64,000 nt of DNA from Paragordius varius (lineage: Eukaryota; Animalia; Nematomorpha): the NCBI GenBank assembly GCA_964247055.1, contig OZ176052.1, positions 2,108,001-2,172,000 of the forward strand, read 5' to 3'. Positions 27,461 to 40,500 of the stretch are shown one piece after another. Made by a program: the position numbers and the translations under genes. Position 1 is the stretch's first letter. Each line of letters starts with the position of its first letter. Under the pieces are notes generated by a model that saw only the letters and a program-made list of their open reading frames with translations, made no database searches and was not told the origin of the DNA.

Positions 27461-30400
27461 ATGAAGACACACTACCATTCTTTCAAAAAATTTCCAAATC
27501 TCTTCATATGGGTATTATTCGTTCTAAGCATTATTATCAAAGGTAATAAATATTAGAAATTTTAACATTAAATCGATTTTTTGTTAACTTGTAATTATGC
27601 AATTTCAGGCATCATCGGATTTTATATGACTATAAAGAAGTTAGTTTAACATTTTTATAAAATAAATTCGATAATTAATATTCTGAGGTTTAAAAAAATT
27701 CAAAAACCGAATTTGTAGCAAAGAATTATTTTCAGTGATGAACTACCAGCCATTGTTGGCCATTTCGGTTTTTAATTGGCTAAAAAAGATTTAATTTAGA
27801 TATCTATTGATATGTTTTCTTATTACTTATAAAACTATTTCTTGCATGATAAATCATTGCGAACAGGGCACCACTGTATTTTTTATCCATTATTTAATTG
27901 AATAACTAATAAAATAAAAATCTCACATACCCATAGTCAATCATCTTTGAGCCAATTAATATACCGAAATTATCTATTAGCTCTAGTTACTGTATTTATT
28001 ATACAAGAGTTGAAGTGCTATTAGGAATTTATATTATTGGTAAGCACTGCTTTAGCTTTTTCACAGTTCATATTAAATATAGGCAATAAAATACAATTTC
28101 CAGGTTAATCAGCTCATTACCCGAATAAAAAAAAGTAGTCTTTATATAAAATGATTGTTAACCAACATCGATTTTCTAAACCAGAATTTGTTTATTTAAA
28201 TCTCTACCCTCATCTCTCAGTATTATTTTCTATACAGAATAATTATATTTATCAGATTTTGCCAGATGTTTGGACACAGAAAGACCCAATAAAGCTCATC
28301 AACCCTTTCCCAGCAATTTTATTTCAAGCAAATGCCCCGAATTCGCTATATACTCTATTCTTATCAAAAATGCACATCATATTGGAAGGCTATGCTTGTT
28401 TGAACATACGCATCCCATGTTAAAAGCCATTATTGATCAAGAAATAACTTTGTTAAAAATTACAAAATCACAAAAATTAAATATTCTCTTACGTGAATCA
28501 AAATGGAATAATACGACTTTGCCTGCTACCGAAAAAAATGGGACTGAAAGATTAACAGATGACATACTCACTAAAACTATACGTACGCTAATCAAGGCAT
28601 TTGACGCAAACATAGTTTTGAAAGAACAATCAAGTCCGCAAGATGAAACTGATATCGTCTCAACTAATGAAATCTCTAAACCATCTCATATGCAAGAAAA
28701 AAATGTATTTAAAAATGCTACTAACATAATAAAAATATTAACGGGTTATATCTCAATAAATAGAACCAATGCCTTCACACTTTGCGCCGAACATGATGGA
28801 ATTTTAATTGTAATTTTTTTCATATAAAAGCCTATTATTTTGTAAAGATATTTAACAATACCTTTACTGTATTGTATTGTGCCTCTACGGATAATATTCG
28901 AACACCAAATAAATTTTATATTTTTTTTCTAATTAATATAAAATAATTATAATAGAGTCAATGTTTGGTCATCGTTAAAGGAAATATATTTTCAATAACC
29001 AACCTTCGCACTTCTGTACATGGATCTGATATGGAAATGCAAATACTAAAAGGTACTAATAATTTAATTTTATATTTTTATGATGCATATACAAACACAT
29101 TCATGGTGGCATTCTCATTATTGTTGGTTAATAAATTTGTAATAAAGTAGCGTGTGTAAAACAACTTTTGTCTATATAATTAATTGTACATACGCAAAAG
29201 ATTGTTTGATTTCAACATTTGGATGTTTTTTTCAATACAACACTAATGTGTTGTCAATTGACCAACAATAATGTGAACAAGCCAGAATAAATATGCATAT
29301 TGTAATTATTAAAATGCCATTTTTGATATAGAGATTGACACGCCTCTTGTGGATATTGAAGTAGTTTTTCCTGTATTGGACAAAAAAACTGCATCCATAG
29401 TCCATAATAATGATAACACACTAAATGTTGACATTGATAGTGGAATTGCACATTTTTCTTTTGTGTTCAATGAAACCGTGAAAGATATTTTGACTTCAAA
29501 TTTTCGAACTGATATTGGCACCACCGAAGATTACATTGAAGATGAATTAATGATTCATACAGGATTCCTAAACACCTACAATCATAGAAAGTTAGCTCAT
29601 TCCAAAAATGAATTCGCTGAGATTATAATAGCCTTTATAGATGAAACGAAAAAAAGCATGGTTAATCTCCATTTTTATTTTGTTTTATGTGGTATAAATT
29701 AAACTAAAGATGCTCGTAACTAAAACATAAAATTGGTTATTACTTTTTTTATTAATAAGTCTGAATCATGGAATTCTTGTTTGGAATTGCACAAATTTAA
29801 GAACCGTATTATTATTTTATTTTGTTGTAATACAAATAATAAGTTTTTACCAAAACGGTTCTAAACAATATGGTACTTACTGGTTTGTTTCCATAGAAGA
29901 ATTTTACTTAAAAATAGTTTCGGTTATATTCTTTATGATCAAACATTTATCATTTTTGCTATAATAATTGGATTGACACATATGAGCTACAATAATTAAA
30001 TGCATGTTACATTTCCTAAAAACCTAAACAACCCTTTGATTTTTTACAAAACGTATTTAAAAAGGTAGATATATTTATATTAATTATTTGAATAAAAAAC
30101 TAATTATTTTCTACCATTTGCATTTTGTTTAAAAACTATTCCGCACTTTGGATATATTTTCGTACCAAGGCATGCTCATGCTCCAAAAAAAAGCTAATCG
30201 TTTTGGATTCCATCATTGTTTTTTTAATGCATAACCACAATTGTGTTTTTATCTTAGCAGATTTATTATAATTAATAATTTAAAGCAGGGGTGTCCCACA
30301 CAAATGGCTTCACGGGCAGCATTCGCAATATGGGCAAACAACAAATATTTTAATATATTTCATATATAAAATTGTAAGAGCCACTATTAATTTTAACATT

Positions 30401-33400
30401 TTTTGCTTAGTTCTGCTGAATTTGAACAAATTGATTCAGAAAATTTGTTTAAAAAACAACTTTTTTTGGTCGCGGTCTGCAGAAATATTTTGGAAGGCCG
30501 GCGACCTGCAGGCTGAGTATTGGCCACCCCTGATCTAAAGTTTTAAATATATATATTATAAATAATGGTGGATAAAAATTCTAAAAAACAATGTTGTGAT
30601 TAAATATTTTAAAATTTAAATTTCATCAAATTTAGGATGTTAAATTTCAAGTCGGGGATAAGGCATACATGGTAAGCCCTATGATAGACCATGAAGTACA
30701 CTCTAGCAAACAAACAAAATCAAACAAATACACATTGATGCCCCACATTTTGGTGTCAAGCCATATAGCTAAACCAATAGTTAATGAGGGTAACTATATA
30801 TATATATATATAATTAAAAATATTTTCTAAAAAAATTAAATTGTTTAATTTATCGACACCACTATAAGTTATTAAAAATAAAATCATTTTTACAGATAAT
30901 GATCAAATTTGTAGTAAATCATGCCTATAAAGTAGTATTTTATAACTTTTTGAATATAGTATTTACAGCTCCGTCCTACAAAATGGCAAGAGATGCCCTA
31001 ACTGGTCCCTATGTGATTGAAGCTACTTTCTATGTAACTCCAGATCATATGAACATTCCCATCAAATATTTACCATACTTAGCTGCCAAAGTATTGTTTA
31101 CGATCTCTTACGAAAAAAATATTTGAACTGTTGTATTTCACTAAGTTTTTACCCGCTTTTTTATTAAAACGAAATAAAACGAGTTTTGTGCATTTTAGGT
31201 GTGGATTACATTCTATCTCATTTTGCAAGACTGATAATAAGAAATTTTGTAAAAGGGTGTCTTAAATAAAAGCGCATGATTATGACCATTAAATTTTTTA
31301 TTCAATATTGTTTCATATCTATTTTACACCTTTATTAGATAAATCAATATTTCAGGGATCCGTCTATTCAACTACCCATTAGTTTTAAATTGGCAGAAAT
31401 CGAAAAATATCCAGTATAATCTAAATTCAAATACTAAATGCTTTCTATTCTAAAATATGCATATATGTGTTTTAATATTATAGCTGCAATACATATACCC
31501 GGATAAACCGGATATCACATTAAGCAATTTACAGGCATATCGGTACCAAAGGGGATCTACTTCAGACGTTTCCATCCTCATATCAAAGTAAATTGATATA
31601 AATTTTATTTTTACCCCAAATTATTTTATTTTAGATTGGTTTTAATATATATTGTAATTGTTGTGTAGTCAAATTAGCCCAAGAAAAAGTGTCAAGGGTA
31701 TGTTGTTGTTAATTAATCATTATTTTATATATTCCCTATTTTACTTAAAATATTAAATTTTATAATAAAATATTGATAACAAATAAATTGATTTCGCATA
31801 AAATTGTTAAATCGGAATAGAATTTAATTTTAACCTATATTTTGGTTTAATCAAAGCTATGTGCTTTTGAAATTAAAATTTAATTTACCCTTTTATAAAA
31901 AATAGATATTATCTGTTAACTTTAATAATAATTAATTAAATTATTTTTTGATAGGAATGGCCGCAGTATCTGGTATATGTAGCGATTCAATTAGTGCATT
32001 GATTGCCCACGATAATTTTATGAATACGGCGTTTTACATTGCACATGAAGCAGGCCATCTGTAAGCATTAATATGTTATATTATTTTACAGTAAAAATTA
32101 AATTTCATAAAGACCGAACTTAAAAAGTAAAAATATGTTTAAAGATAACCATATTGTTTTGACTATAGATTTTTATGTAGAGGTAACTATCGTTATGGGT
32201 GGTGAAATAAGGAATAGAGATACAAATTGTTATACGCTCAATCTTATATTTCGCATTTGTAATCATTAGTTTATAAAGAAAAATCACGTATCAAAAATGC
32301 TGTCTTACTAAAAATAATATTACTTTTTACGTTTTATCTCTATAATTTTATTTTCTACTTTTCTTATTGATAGTTAAATATTGAGGCATATATTTGACCT
32401 TATTTCTTTTTATAAATGGTAACATATTGAACCATATTTTTAATTTATTTAGTTTGGGAGCTTGGGATGATATCGGAGACTCCAAATGCGCTAAGAGTGG
32501 CAGTATAATGAGTTATAACTTTGATCCTGTCTACAGTCGCGTTTGGTCAAAATGTAGTGTTTGGGCTATGCAACGGCAATTAAGGTAATATCTTTTATGG
32601 AATTAATTACATAAAATTTTGAAAACCAATATGGATTTGGTATTTTGTATTGTTAATTCAAAATGAAGGCAGTATTTTAAACATTAATTTTTTATTTTAC
32701 AGTAATGATTGAAACTATACGGACAAAAAGTAAGAGCATAAAGACAACTCTAAAATATTTTCTACATAACCTATACATTTATAATTATTAAATATGTAAT
32801 TGAATGCGTTACTAATTTAAATTTCTACTTCTATCAGCTCTAAAATTATTTATATGTAAAAATATGCAAGTTTTAAAAAAAATGGTTGTCAGTTACATTT
32901 ATATTTTTGCATTTTGTTTTTATTTCATTGTTAACTGCGATTACGAAAGAAAGCGCATTAGATTCCGCGATTAATTAAACATTTGAGCAAATTGATACTA
33001 TCTACTAAATTTTTTTACAGTTTGAATTAGGACTTTTACCTCTAAAAATCAATTTTAGCTTTTAATTGAATTCATTATTTGGTAATCATTTACAAGTAAA
33101 TTTTATAATTAAGCAAAAAATTTAACGATCTAATGCTAAACTTTAAAGTCCCTCGTAATATATTGTTTTTAACATAGGTTACTTGGCGGTCAATGTTTAT
33201 TGGAAACCAATAAAAAACAAGCCAATTTAAACGATCCCAATTCCGTAAATCTGGTGAAGATCAATGAAAAAATATGCCATGATCAAAAAAGACATTCTAC
33301 CATAGCTTATCAAGTTTTTATTATTTCAAATATTATGTTCTCTGTGAAATGCGACGACAATTTAATTTTTAGTTCTATTGTCTTTTGATTGATTATTTTA

Positions 33401-36400
33401 AAATTATTTTTAATTTAATAAAATTATAATATATTTATTACATTTGGCTGCCCATAGTTAAGATTGGAATTCTACATTGTTTTTAACCAAAACAGAAGTT
33501 TTTCATTATTACAAATAATATATTTTTTTATCAAAATAACTAATCATATTCAAAGAGTAAATCAAATCTATCAAGATGAGTTCTTTTAATGTACATTGAT
33601 ACTTGTAGATTATCTTTTATTAGCCATTTTTTCCGTTAAAAATTGAATATTTTTTTAAATATATATATAATAATTTAAGAAATAAAAATCGTAAAATTGT
33701 TGAATAGGTTTCCACATACTTAATAGAAAAATTTAGCAAATACCGAGATATATGAATTTTGATTGATTCCGCAAAGATAATTATCACAATTCCTTTCACT
33801 TAAAACCGATCGTTTTGCATCCAATCATGTTGATAATTAAATATACACTTATTTAGCTGTATTTTAAATTTTTTACCATAAAATATTATAATATTTTACT
33901 GTGACAAAAAATCCGAAATTTTAGATGCATTTTTAGACTAAAGCTATAAGGATATATTTGGTGTTATTTTTATATGGGTTTAGAGGTTTGGTCCTATATA
34001 TATATATATACTAAATAATGATATGATCAAAACAAATATGTATCACTAAAGCACAAAGATATTTGTGGGATCTTTATTTCAATTAATTTTATTGTGACAT
34101 TTTAAGACAATAATCAATCTAATTTACAATATTAATAAAAGAGCTCCACGTGCACGAGATTAAAGTGTTTGTTCAATGGCATGCTTTTTTGGGGAGTAGC
34201 TACAAGCCCTGTGAATGGCACATATTGTGATATGAAAACAAATCTCATAACAAAATCACCAAGCACTGGGGTAAGTTTTTTTATTTTATTTAAAAAAAAT
34301 GATTGATTATCAGAATTGGCAAATAGTTTATATTATATCCGTAAATTAAATTTTATCTTTTTTTTAAATTTTATTTTTAATCTTTTGTTAGTTTGTAAAT
34401 AGTTGATTGCGATAGGTACTAAAAGGTGACTTTTACGATACATTTAACATTATAAATTGATAAAGGAAAAAATTCGTTAATTGCATTATTATAAACTATG
34501 TTATGCCTTTATACAAATATTGCAATAATTAGACATGTCATAAAGGAGAGTGTATTTCCAGTCCAAATTATAAAACGGAAAAATCGGCATGGTCAACATG
34601 GGGACAATGGTCAAAGTGTGAAGGCGCTTGTGGGCAGGGATATCAAATCCGTTATCGAACATGCAAAGTTGAGTATGTCCTTGACCATCATATATTTAAA
34701 ACTCAAATAAAATTAATTTGACTTCATAGCGATAGTAACAATATAAATTTTTTATTTTGTCCGAAATACTTTAAACTATATCCAAGAAATGTAATATTGA
34801 TGGATAATGATTGTGAAATGAGTTTTTTTTAAAAAGGAAATCAATTGGTTTTTTTGTTATCAAAATTTTGGACTAAATATAAAATTTAATTAATACCCCT
34901 ATAACGTCAATCTATTTATTTGCGGAAATTATCCGGATATTATACCAAAAAATTAAATTTTGAAAATTACTAACGATTTAGAAAAGATGGGACATATGAT
35001 TGCGAAGGTGAAAATTTGGAAACCAAATTCTGCAAGGTATAAATATATATTTTTATTATTTTTATAAAATTCTAATCCGCTACGATGATAATTTTTCTGG
35101 ATTTTCCACATAAGTTGCCACTTGAATATTTTGAGTTTTGAACATTTAGAGTTTTTTCTTTCGATATTTTTCATAATTTTATACAATTTGTTTAAATATA
35201 TTTTATAATATTCGTATTTTAAAACATTTTTAGTTTAGTGATTTTCCATTTTTTATTATATTATTAATAACTCATGTAAGCTTTACCACTATCCTGTTAG
35301 GCTGACACTCAAGATGCGAAAATTTTACAGTTTCAGGAACTCTGGCCTGCTAACATATATAGTAGCCAGACATTCTAAAAACACTACCTTTTTAATTTTA
35401 TTTGGATACCTCAAAATATATAATTTTATATAAAAATAATAATTATTGGTGTATATTTTCCTATGGGGTCACATTGTTAAATCAATATCAAAATTGCTTT
35501 AATATTAAAAACTTGCTGAAACGTTAACCACATAGGCCAAAAAATATATTAATATGTTTGACTGAGTATTTGAATAAAAACTAATTATGAGTATTATATT
35601 AGGGAATAAGCATCCTATTTAAGATGCATAAATGCTAAATTATTATAAATATGTTGGTAATTTATTAAATTGTGTGTTAATTATTTAACTAACAGGCCAA
35701 TTCATCCAAAACTCAATGTGTCCAATGGAAACAAAAACTGGAAAAGCGAAACAATTTCTTGTGCAATAAAAATGTCCCCAAATCTCATTATGCCGGAAAC
35801 GTCCTTACTTCTGAATGTAAATATTCACTTTTCATGTTTAATCATTATATTACTTAATAAAAAATTGGGTTTTCAACGTTTAGTTTTTATAAGTGTTTCA
35901 TCTCCAATTCACTTCAGTATAAAGGTCCTCAAATTAAGGCCAAAAAAATATTTTTTAAGGACCATACAAATGTAAAATTTTCATAGCTGTTTGACACATT
36001 TGCAGATATTTTTCTCCAAATAAGGACATTATAATATTTAATAAATAATTCAAGCCTATAAAAAAGCACTTTTAGGGCCATGCGGCCCGTGGGCCGCCGT
36101 TTGAGTATCACTGTAATAAATTAACAACATCATTATAAATTAAAATTACCGCATATTTTTTGATATGATTACTTATAAAATTGATTTAAATACGATGCTA
36201 CGTTTTGTTAATATATTTTTTTGAACAATTCATTAGTCCAATTTTATAATATGAGTGTTAAATTATGAGACAATATATGAAATATATGCATTTTAAATTA
36301 TCACTAATTTTTTAGCTATTTGATAGAAATAATCAGGAAAATCACAAGTTTACTGCTAGAATTATAATATCTTTAGTAACATGGCTCCCATTCTTTTCGG

Positions 36401-36871
36401 ATTCTATAAGTGGTAGACTTTTTTTATCTCAAATTCATTACATTTTGTCCCTAAATTTGTAATCAAAGTGTCAAAATCGGATTCTAATTTTGTAATAACT
36501 TTTTTTAAGTTTAGTGAAAAATTCCCGATTATTATATGAGTTTTTCGTTCAAAATGCAGAAGACATCCAATTTGTCGCCTAAAATTTAGAAGCTATATGT
36601 ATTTTATATTTCATATTCTGTAATATTTTAAACAAAGACAACATGTTTAGCTATTAGCCCATGTGAATTGTTATGTGAAAAACGTGGAGATATAACCCGT
36701 ACAAACGAAGCCGTGGCTGATGGAACAATTATGGATTACCCGTATAAGGGCATTTGTGTTCATTCCAACATTGTTATGTCTTCGAGTGAAAAAGAGAAAA
36801 AATTACTTTATGACTCCAGAACAAGGAAGGAACCAAATTTTATAGAGGACGAATATTACGATGATTATTAA
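27461..36871 (+). CDS. ADAMTS-like secreted M12B (reprolysin) metalloprotease: signal peptide, prodomain, catalytic domain, disintegrin-like region, one TSP1 repeat, partial Cys-rich domain
   Basis: Exons: 27461-27542 (MKTHYH...FIWVLFVLSIIIKG), 27609-27639, 27736-27767, 28256-28809, 28956-29052, 29332-29660, 30896-31090, 31199-31248 (phase unresolved), 31484-31587, 31669-31697, 31955-32060 (AFYIAHEAGHL), 32453-32584 (LGAWDD...SIMS...WSKCS), 33178-33313, 34142-34270, 34533-34672 (WSTWGQWSKCEGACGQGYQIRYRTC), 34982-35036, 35696-35816, 36651-36871 (PCELLC...AVADGT...GICV). The small N-terminal exons are less certain. Confidence 0.85.
30286..30532. mobile_element. hAT (Charlie-like) MITE
   Basis: caggggtgtccc...ggccacccctg, flanked by atttaaag and atctaaag (8-bp TSD, 7 of 8 match). 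Confidence 0.8.
31955..32584 (+). CDS. Catalytic zinc-binding and Met-turn exons of the ADAMTS-like gene
   Basis: The spliced sequence reads HEAGHL|LGAWDDIGDSKCAKSGSIMSYNFDPVYSRVWSKCS; phases match across the gtaagc...tttag intron (32061-32452). Confidence 0.85.
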
Positions 36872-36973
36872 ATAGTTAATTTTTTTCAATAAAAGTTAAA
36901 TTAAATTCTTTTATGGACAAATTGATGTATATATAATTTAATACGGGTATTGATTGCAGTATGATGTAATGTA

Positions 36974-37382
36974 CATTGCTAGTTTTCAATTAATTTTTGC
37001 CAGATAAGCATATCCAGTATAGGGGAATATTATTTTTTCACTTTTTACTAATAGTAAAAACTGAAATTATACAGACAAAGGTAAAAATATAAAGTCAAAT
37101 TTTTTTTCAAAGACAACCATACTTTTTGAATCTTGTTATATCCTATAAAAATCATTAATCACATAATTTATTGTGATAATATTGTACATCTCTATCTATA
37201 CTGTGCATTTTAAAACAATGAGTTATATTTAAGAAAGTATAAAAAAAGTATGGTTATCTGGAAAACAATATTTGTCCTTATCTTTTTATGTTTTGTCCGT
37301 ATAATTTGAATATACTGTATTAACCAATAATATGGCTCTTTGCTACATATGCTATCTGGCAATATATGAAAAATAGCAATAT
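36974..37382. mobile_element. MITE family C copy interrupted by a family B MITE
   Basis: The flanks cattgctag...ttttttcactttttacta and ...ctttgctacatatgctatctggcaat...tagcaat join up to match the uninterrupted copy at 59400-59558. Confidence 0.7.
37051..37317. mobile_element. MITE family B copy nested in family C
   Basis: ...agtaaaaactgaaattatacagacaaa...ttttgtccgtataatttgaatatactg|TA. Confidence 0.75.
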
Positions 37383-37591
37383 ATATTTACTTATTCATAG
37401 TGTAATAAAAAATTGTTAAACAACTCAATATATATTATTGTATAATAAATTAATTATCTATTTTATAGCAATTATTTGAGCCAAATGAGGAATCAAAGGG
37501 ATAATTATTCACCCCTAAATATATATTTTCAACAATATGATATAAAATTTATTATATTATATAGGTATGTTAAAAATCTGTTTATAACAAA

Positions 37592-40500
37592 TCATGTACG
37601 ACTTTTTTCAACAGCCACTTCCAGCGATATATAAACATCGCATCGAAAGGTATCCATTAAGCTTTGACTAACTTTATCACTAATTTTACGGATTCTTTCC
37701 CCACTAGGACCAATAATTATTTTCTAAAATTAATAAAAATACAGAAAGAAATAAAAAAGCATGTATGCATGATATATAAAATTCGAACTCCAAAACGATT
37801 TTGTAATCCAATGACTTATTAGGTTGCTTTTAAGAAAAAAGCCAACGTTCAAAATTAGTTTAAAACCAATTATCGTAAAATTTTAATTATTAAAATCCAT
37901 TCTTAGAGAAAATTAAAAGTTACAAGTATGTTACCACAAATTAATCATTTTTTTGCTTAATTTAGATTTCTATTATATAAACTAAAATTAATATATTTTT
38001 TTACACAAAAATTCATCTATTAAAAAGTAAAACCCTATAATATAAGTTCATTATGAGAGATTTTACCATTAAGTTGTCTTTGGGGCATTTGATACTAGCA
38101 CGAATACGTAAAAGCCCAGATTCTTGTATGTAATATTCAATTATTTTCTAAAAATATTATTACAATTAATTATATTTTATAATCAAATAAAATTTATTAA
38201 AATTAATAAAATCAACCCTCTCATTTATAACATTGGAAAAAAGCGAAAACGGCTATTTTAACCCTAAAAACCGTCTATTATATTATTTTTTTGAGTCTTA
38301 TAAAAATACTTATTAAAATATTTGATTTTCTAATGATATGGTTTTTAAGAATCGATAACATAAATGTTTTATAAAAAAAACCTTTTTTATCCTATCAACC
38401 ATATTCAGCAGTTACATTTTTAAAAGGTGATAATCATTATATTGGAATAAAAAGTTGAAAAATCAGTTTTTTTACTGTGAAAAAAAAGAGCTACAACAAA
38501 AAGAATTAACTCACACACAATTATTTTAAATGTACAGTAAAAATTGAGATTTTACGGACAAAACGTAAAAAGACAAATATTTTTTTTTGGTAATTCGCTA
38601 TATTTTTTTAAACTTTATTTTCTTGATATCAATTCCTTGTTTTAAATTGCCTAAAATAAAAATGTATATTGGTTACACAATCAATTATATGTAATTTACA
38701 TTTATAATTATTTATAAAATAAAAATTAAGGTATAAGTATGATGTATTTTGAAAAACATATTTAGTTTTCTATATATCCTTACAATGTTGAGTATGTATG
38801 GTATCTGGAAATTTAAATGGTTTAATAGCTCTTGTCGTATGGCATCAATGACAATTTGTTCTGGTTGCTGATCTGTTACATATTGACTGTTATATTTCCA
38901 AGCTTGGTAAGGGGCTTCACACATAAGACAATCCTTAAAAATAAAAATAAATCTTAATTTAGATGCAACATTAAATTTTTTAAAAAGTATTTATGACAAA
39001 AAAAGATCCATTTTACAGTATTATAAAAACAAAATGTAAAATACAAGTAAAAAATGAAATTATATGGACAAAACGTAAAAATATACTGACAAATATTTTT
39101 TTCAAAAGACGACCATACTTTTTAAATCTTGATTATTTTAATTATAACTCATTATTTTAAGAGAAAATGTATCAAATACAGATGTAAATAGATACATCAA
39201 TTTTATTTTATACAATGGTAGGTAATTATCATATGTAATATTAATGTATAAAAAAGTATGGTTGTCTTTTAGAAAAAAATATTTGTCTTTATATTTTTAC
39301 GTTTGTCCGTATAATTTCAGATTTTACTGTATATCGTAAGATACATTTATATGCCAAAAAACTAATTTTACATTAATTCAACTATAGCGATAAAATATAA
39401 AGAGTAAAAGACGCATATTTTTAGTACAGAAAACTTATTTTTGATGATTTTTTATAACCTATATATTATCAAATGTGAAATATAAAATTGAGTGTAAACA
39501 ACCAATTTATATAGCTACGCCTTTATTCATAAACTAAAACGATAGGTTTTTTAATAAACATTAATATATTACATGATTTTCATAGAAAAAAAGATTATCC
39601 TTTAACTTTTAAAAGTTTTGTGCCTTGTAATTTCAATTAATTCGCATTGTATTTTTTAAGGCTTAAAAAATTACCATTAATTCATCTAAGCCATCATTAT
39701 CAAGAGCAGAAACCATAAATATGGAGTAAAAATTTGGCCAGGATGTGGATTCACGTTTCAAAGAATTTGGTTCAAGCGGTAGATTTTTAGCGTCTAAAAA
39801 GCAAAAAAGCATTAACAATCGTTAAATTTTTCGTCTCTTTTTCTAAAAAAATTATCTAACTAATAAAAAAAATTCATTGTTTTAAATTGTGGACAATATA
39901 GAAAGATCACAGAATAAAATATTTTTGATATAATTTTTATATCATATCAGAGCAGAAAATCACCCTATTAATTGCTCCCATTTTATTCTATGAGTTTTCG
40001 TTGCATGATTAAATTATATAAGCATTGAACATCGTTAATATTATACCTTTTTTTAATTACCACCAAATTTAATAAAATTAGAGTAACATTTAAAATTATA
40101 AAGATAAACAAATATTATTTTTTATAAAGAATACCATATTGAAAAAGTATTTTAAAAATAACTACCGTTTTGGATTGACAGTAAAAATTCAAATTATACG
40201 GACAAAACGTAAAATATAAAGACAAATATATTTTTCTAAAAGACAACCATATTTTTTAAATCTTGAGTTTTTTCAATATAACTGATAGTTTTAAACTGCA
40301 AATTATAAAATAGAAATGTAAATTGGTAGCACAATCAATTATGTAGTTTTCGATTGTAATTAAATATTTCATATACCAAAAATAAGGTTTAGGATGGTTG
40401 TCTTTTGAAAAAGTATATTTGTCTTTATATTTTTACGTTTTGTCCGTATAATTTCATCAATTTTTACTGCAAACATTAAAATTATGGTTTCCTTTGGAAG

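Noticed and set aside
27981-28039. Mutually exclusive ADAMTS exon pair (27736-27767 versus 27981-28039)
   Set aside because: Phase-compatible, but the two share no sequence similarity, and a 15-nt exon at 28025-28039 fits equally well. Cannot be decided without cDNA.
30931-30959. A 29-nt GT-AG segment as a micro-intron in the ADAMTS-like gene
   Set aside because: Removing it shifts the frame into a stop, whereas the unspliced frame is open and leads into the catalytic-domain start.
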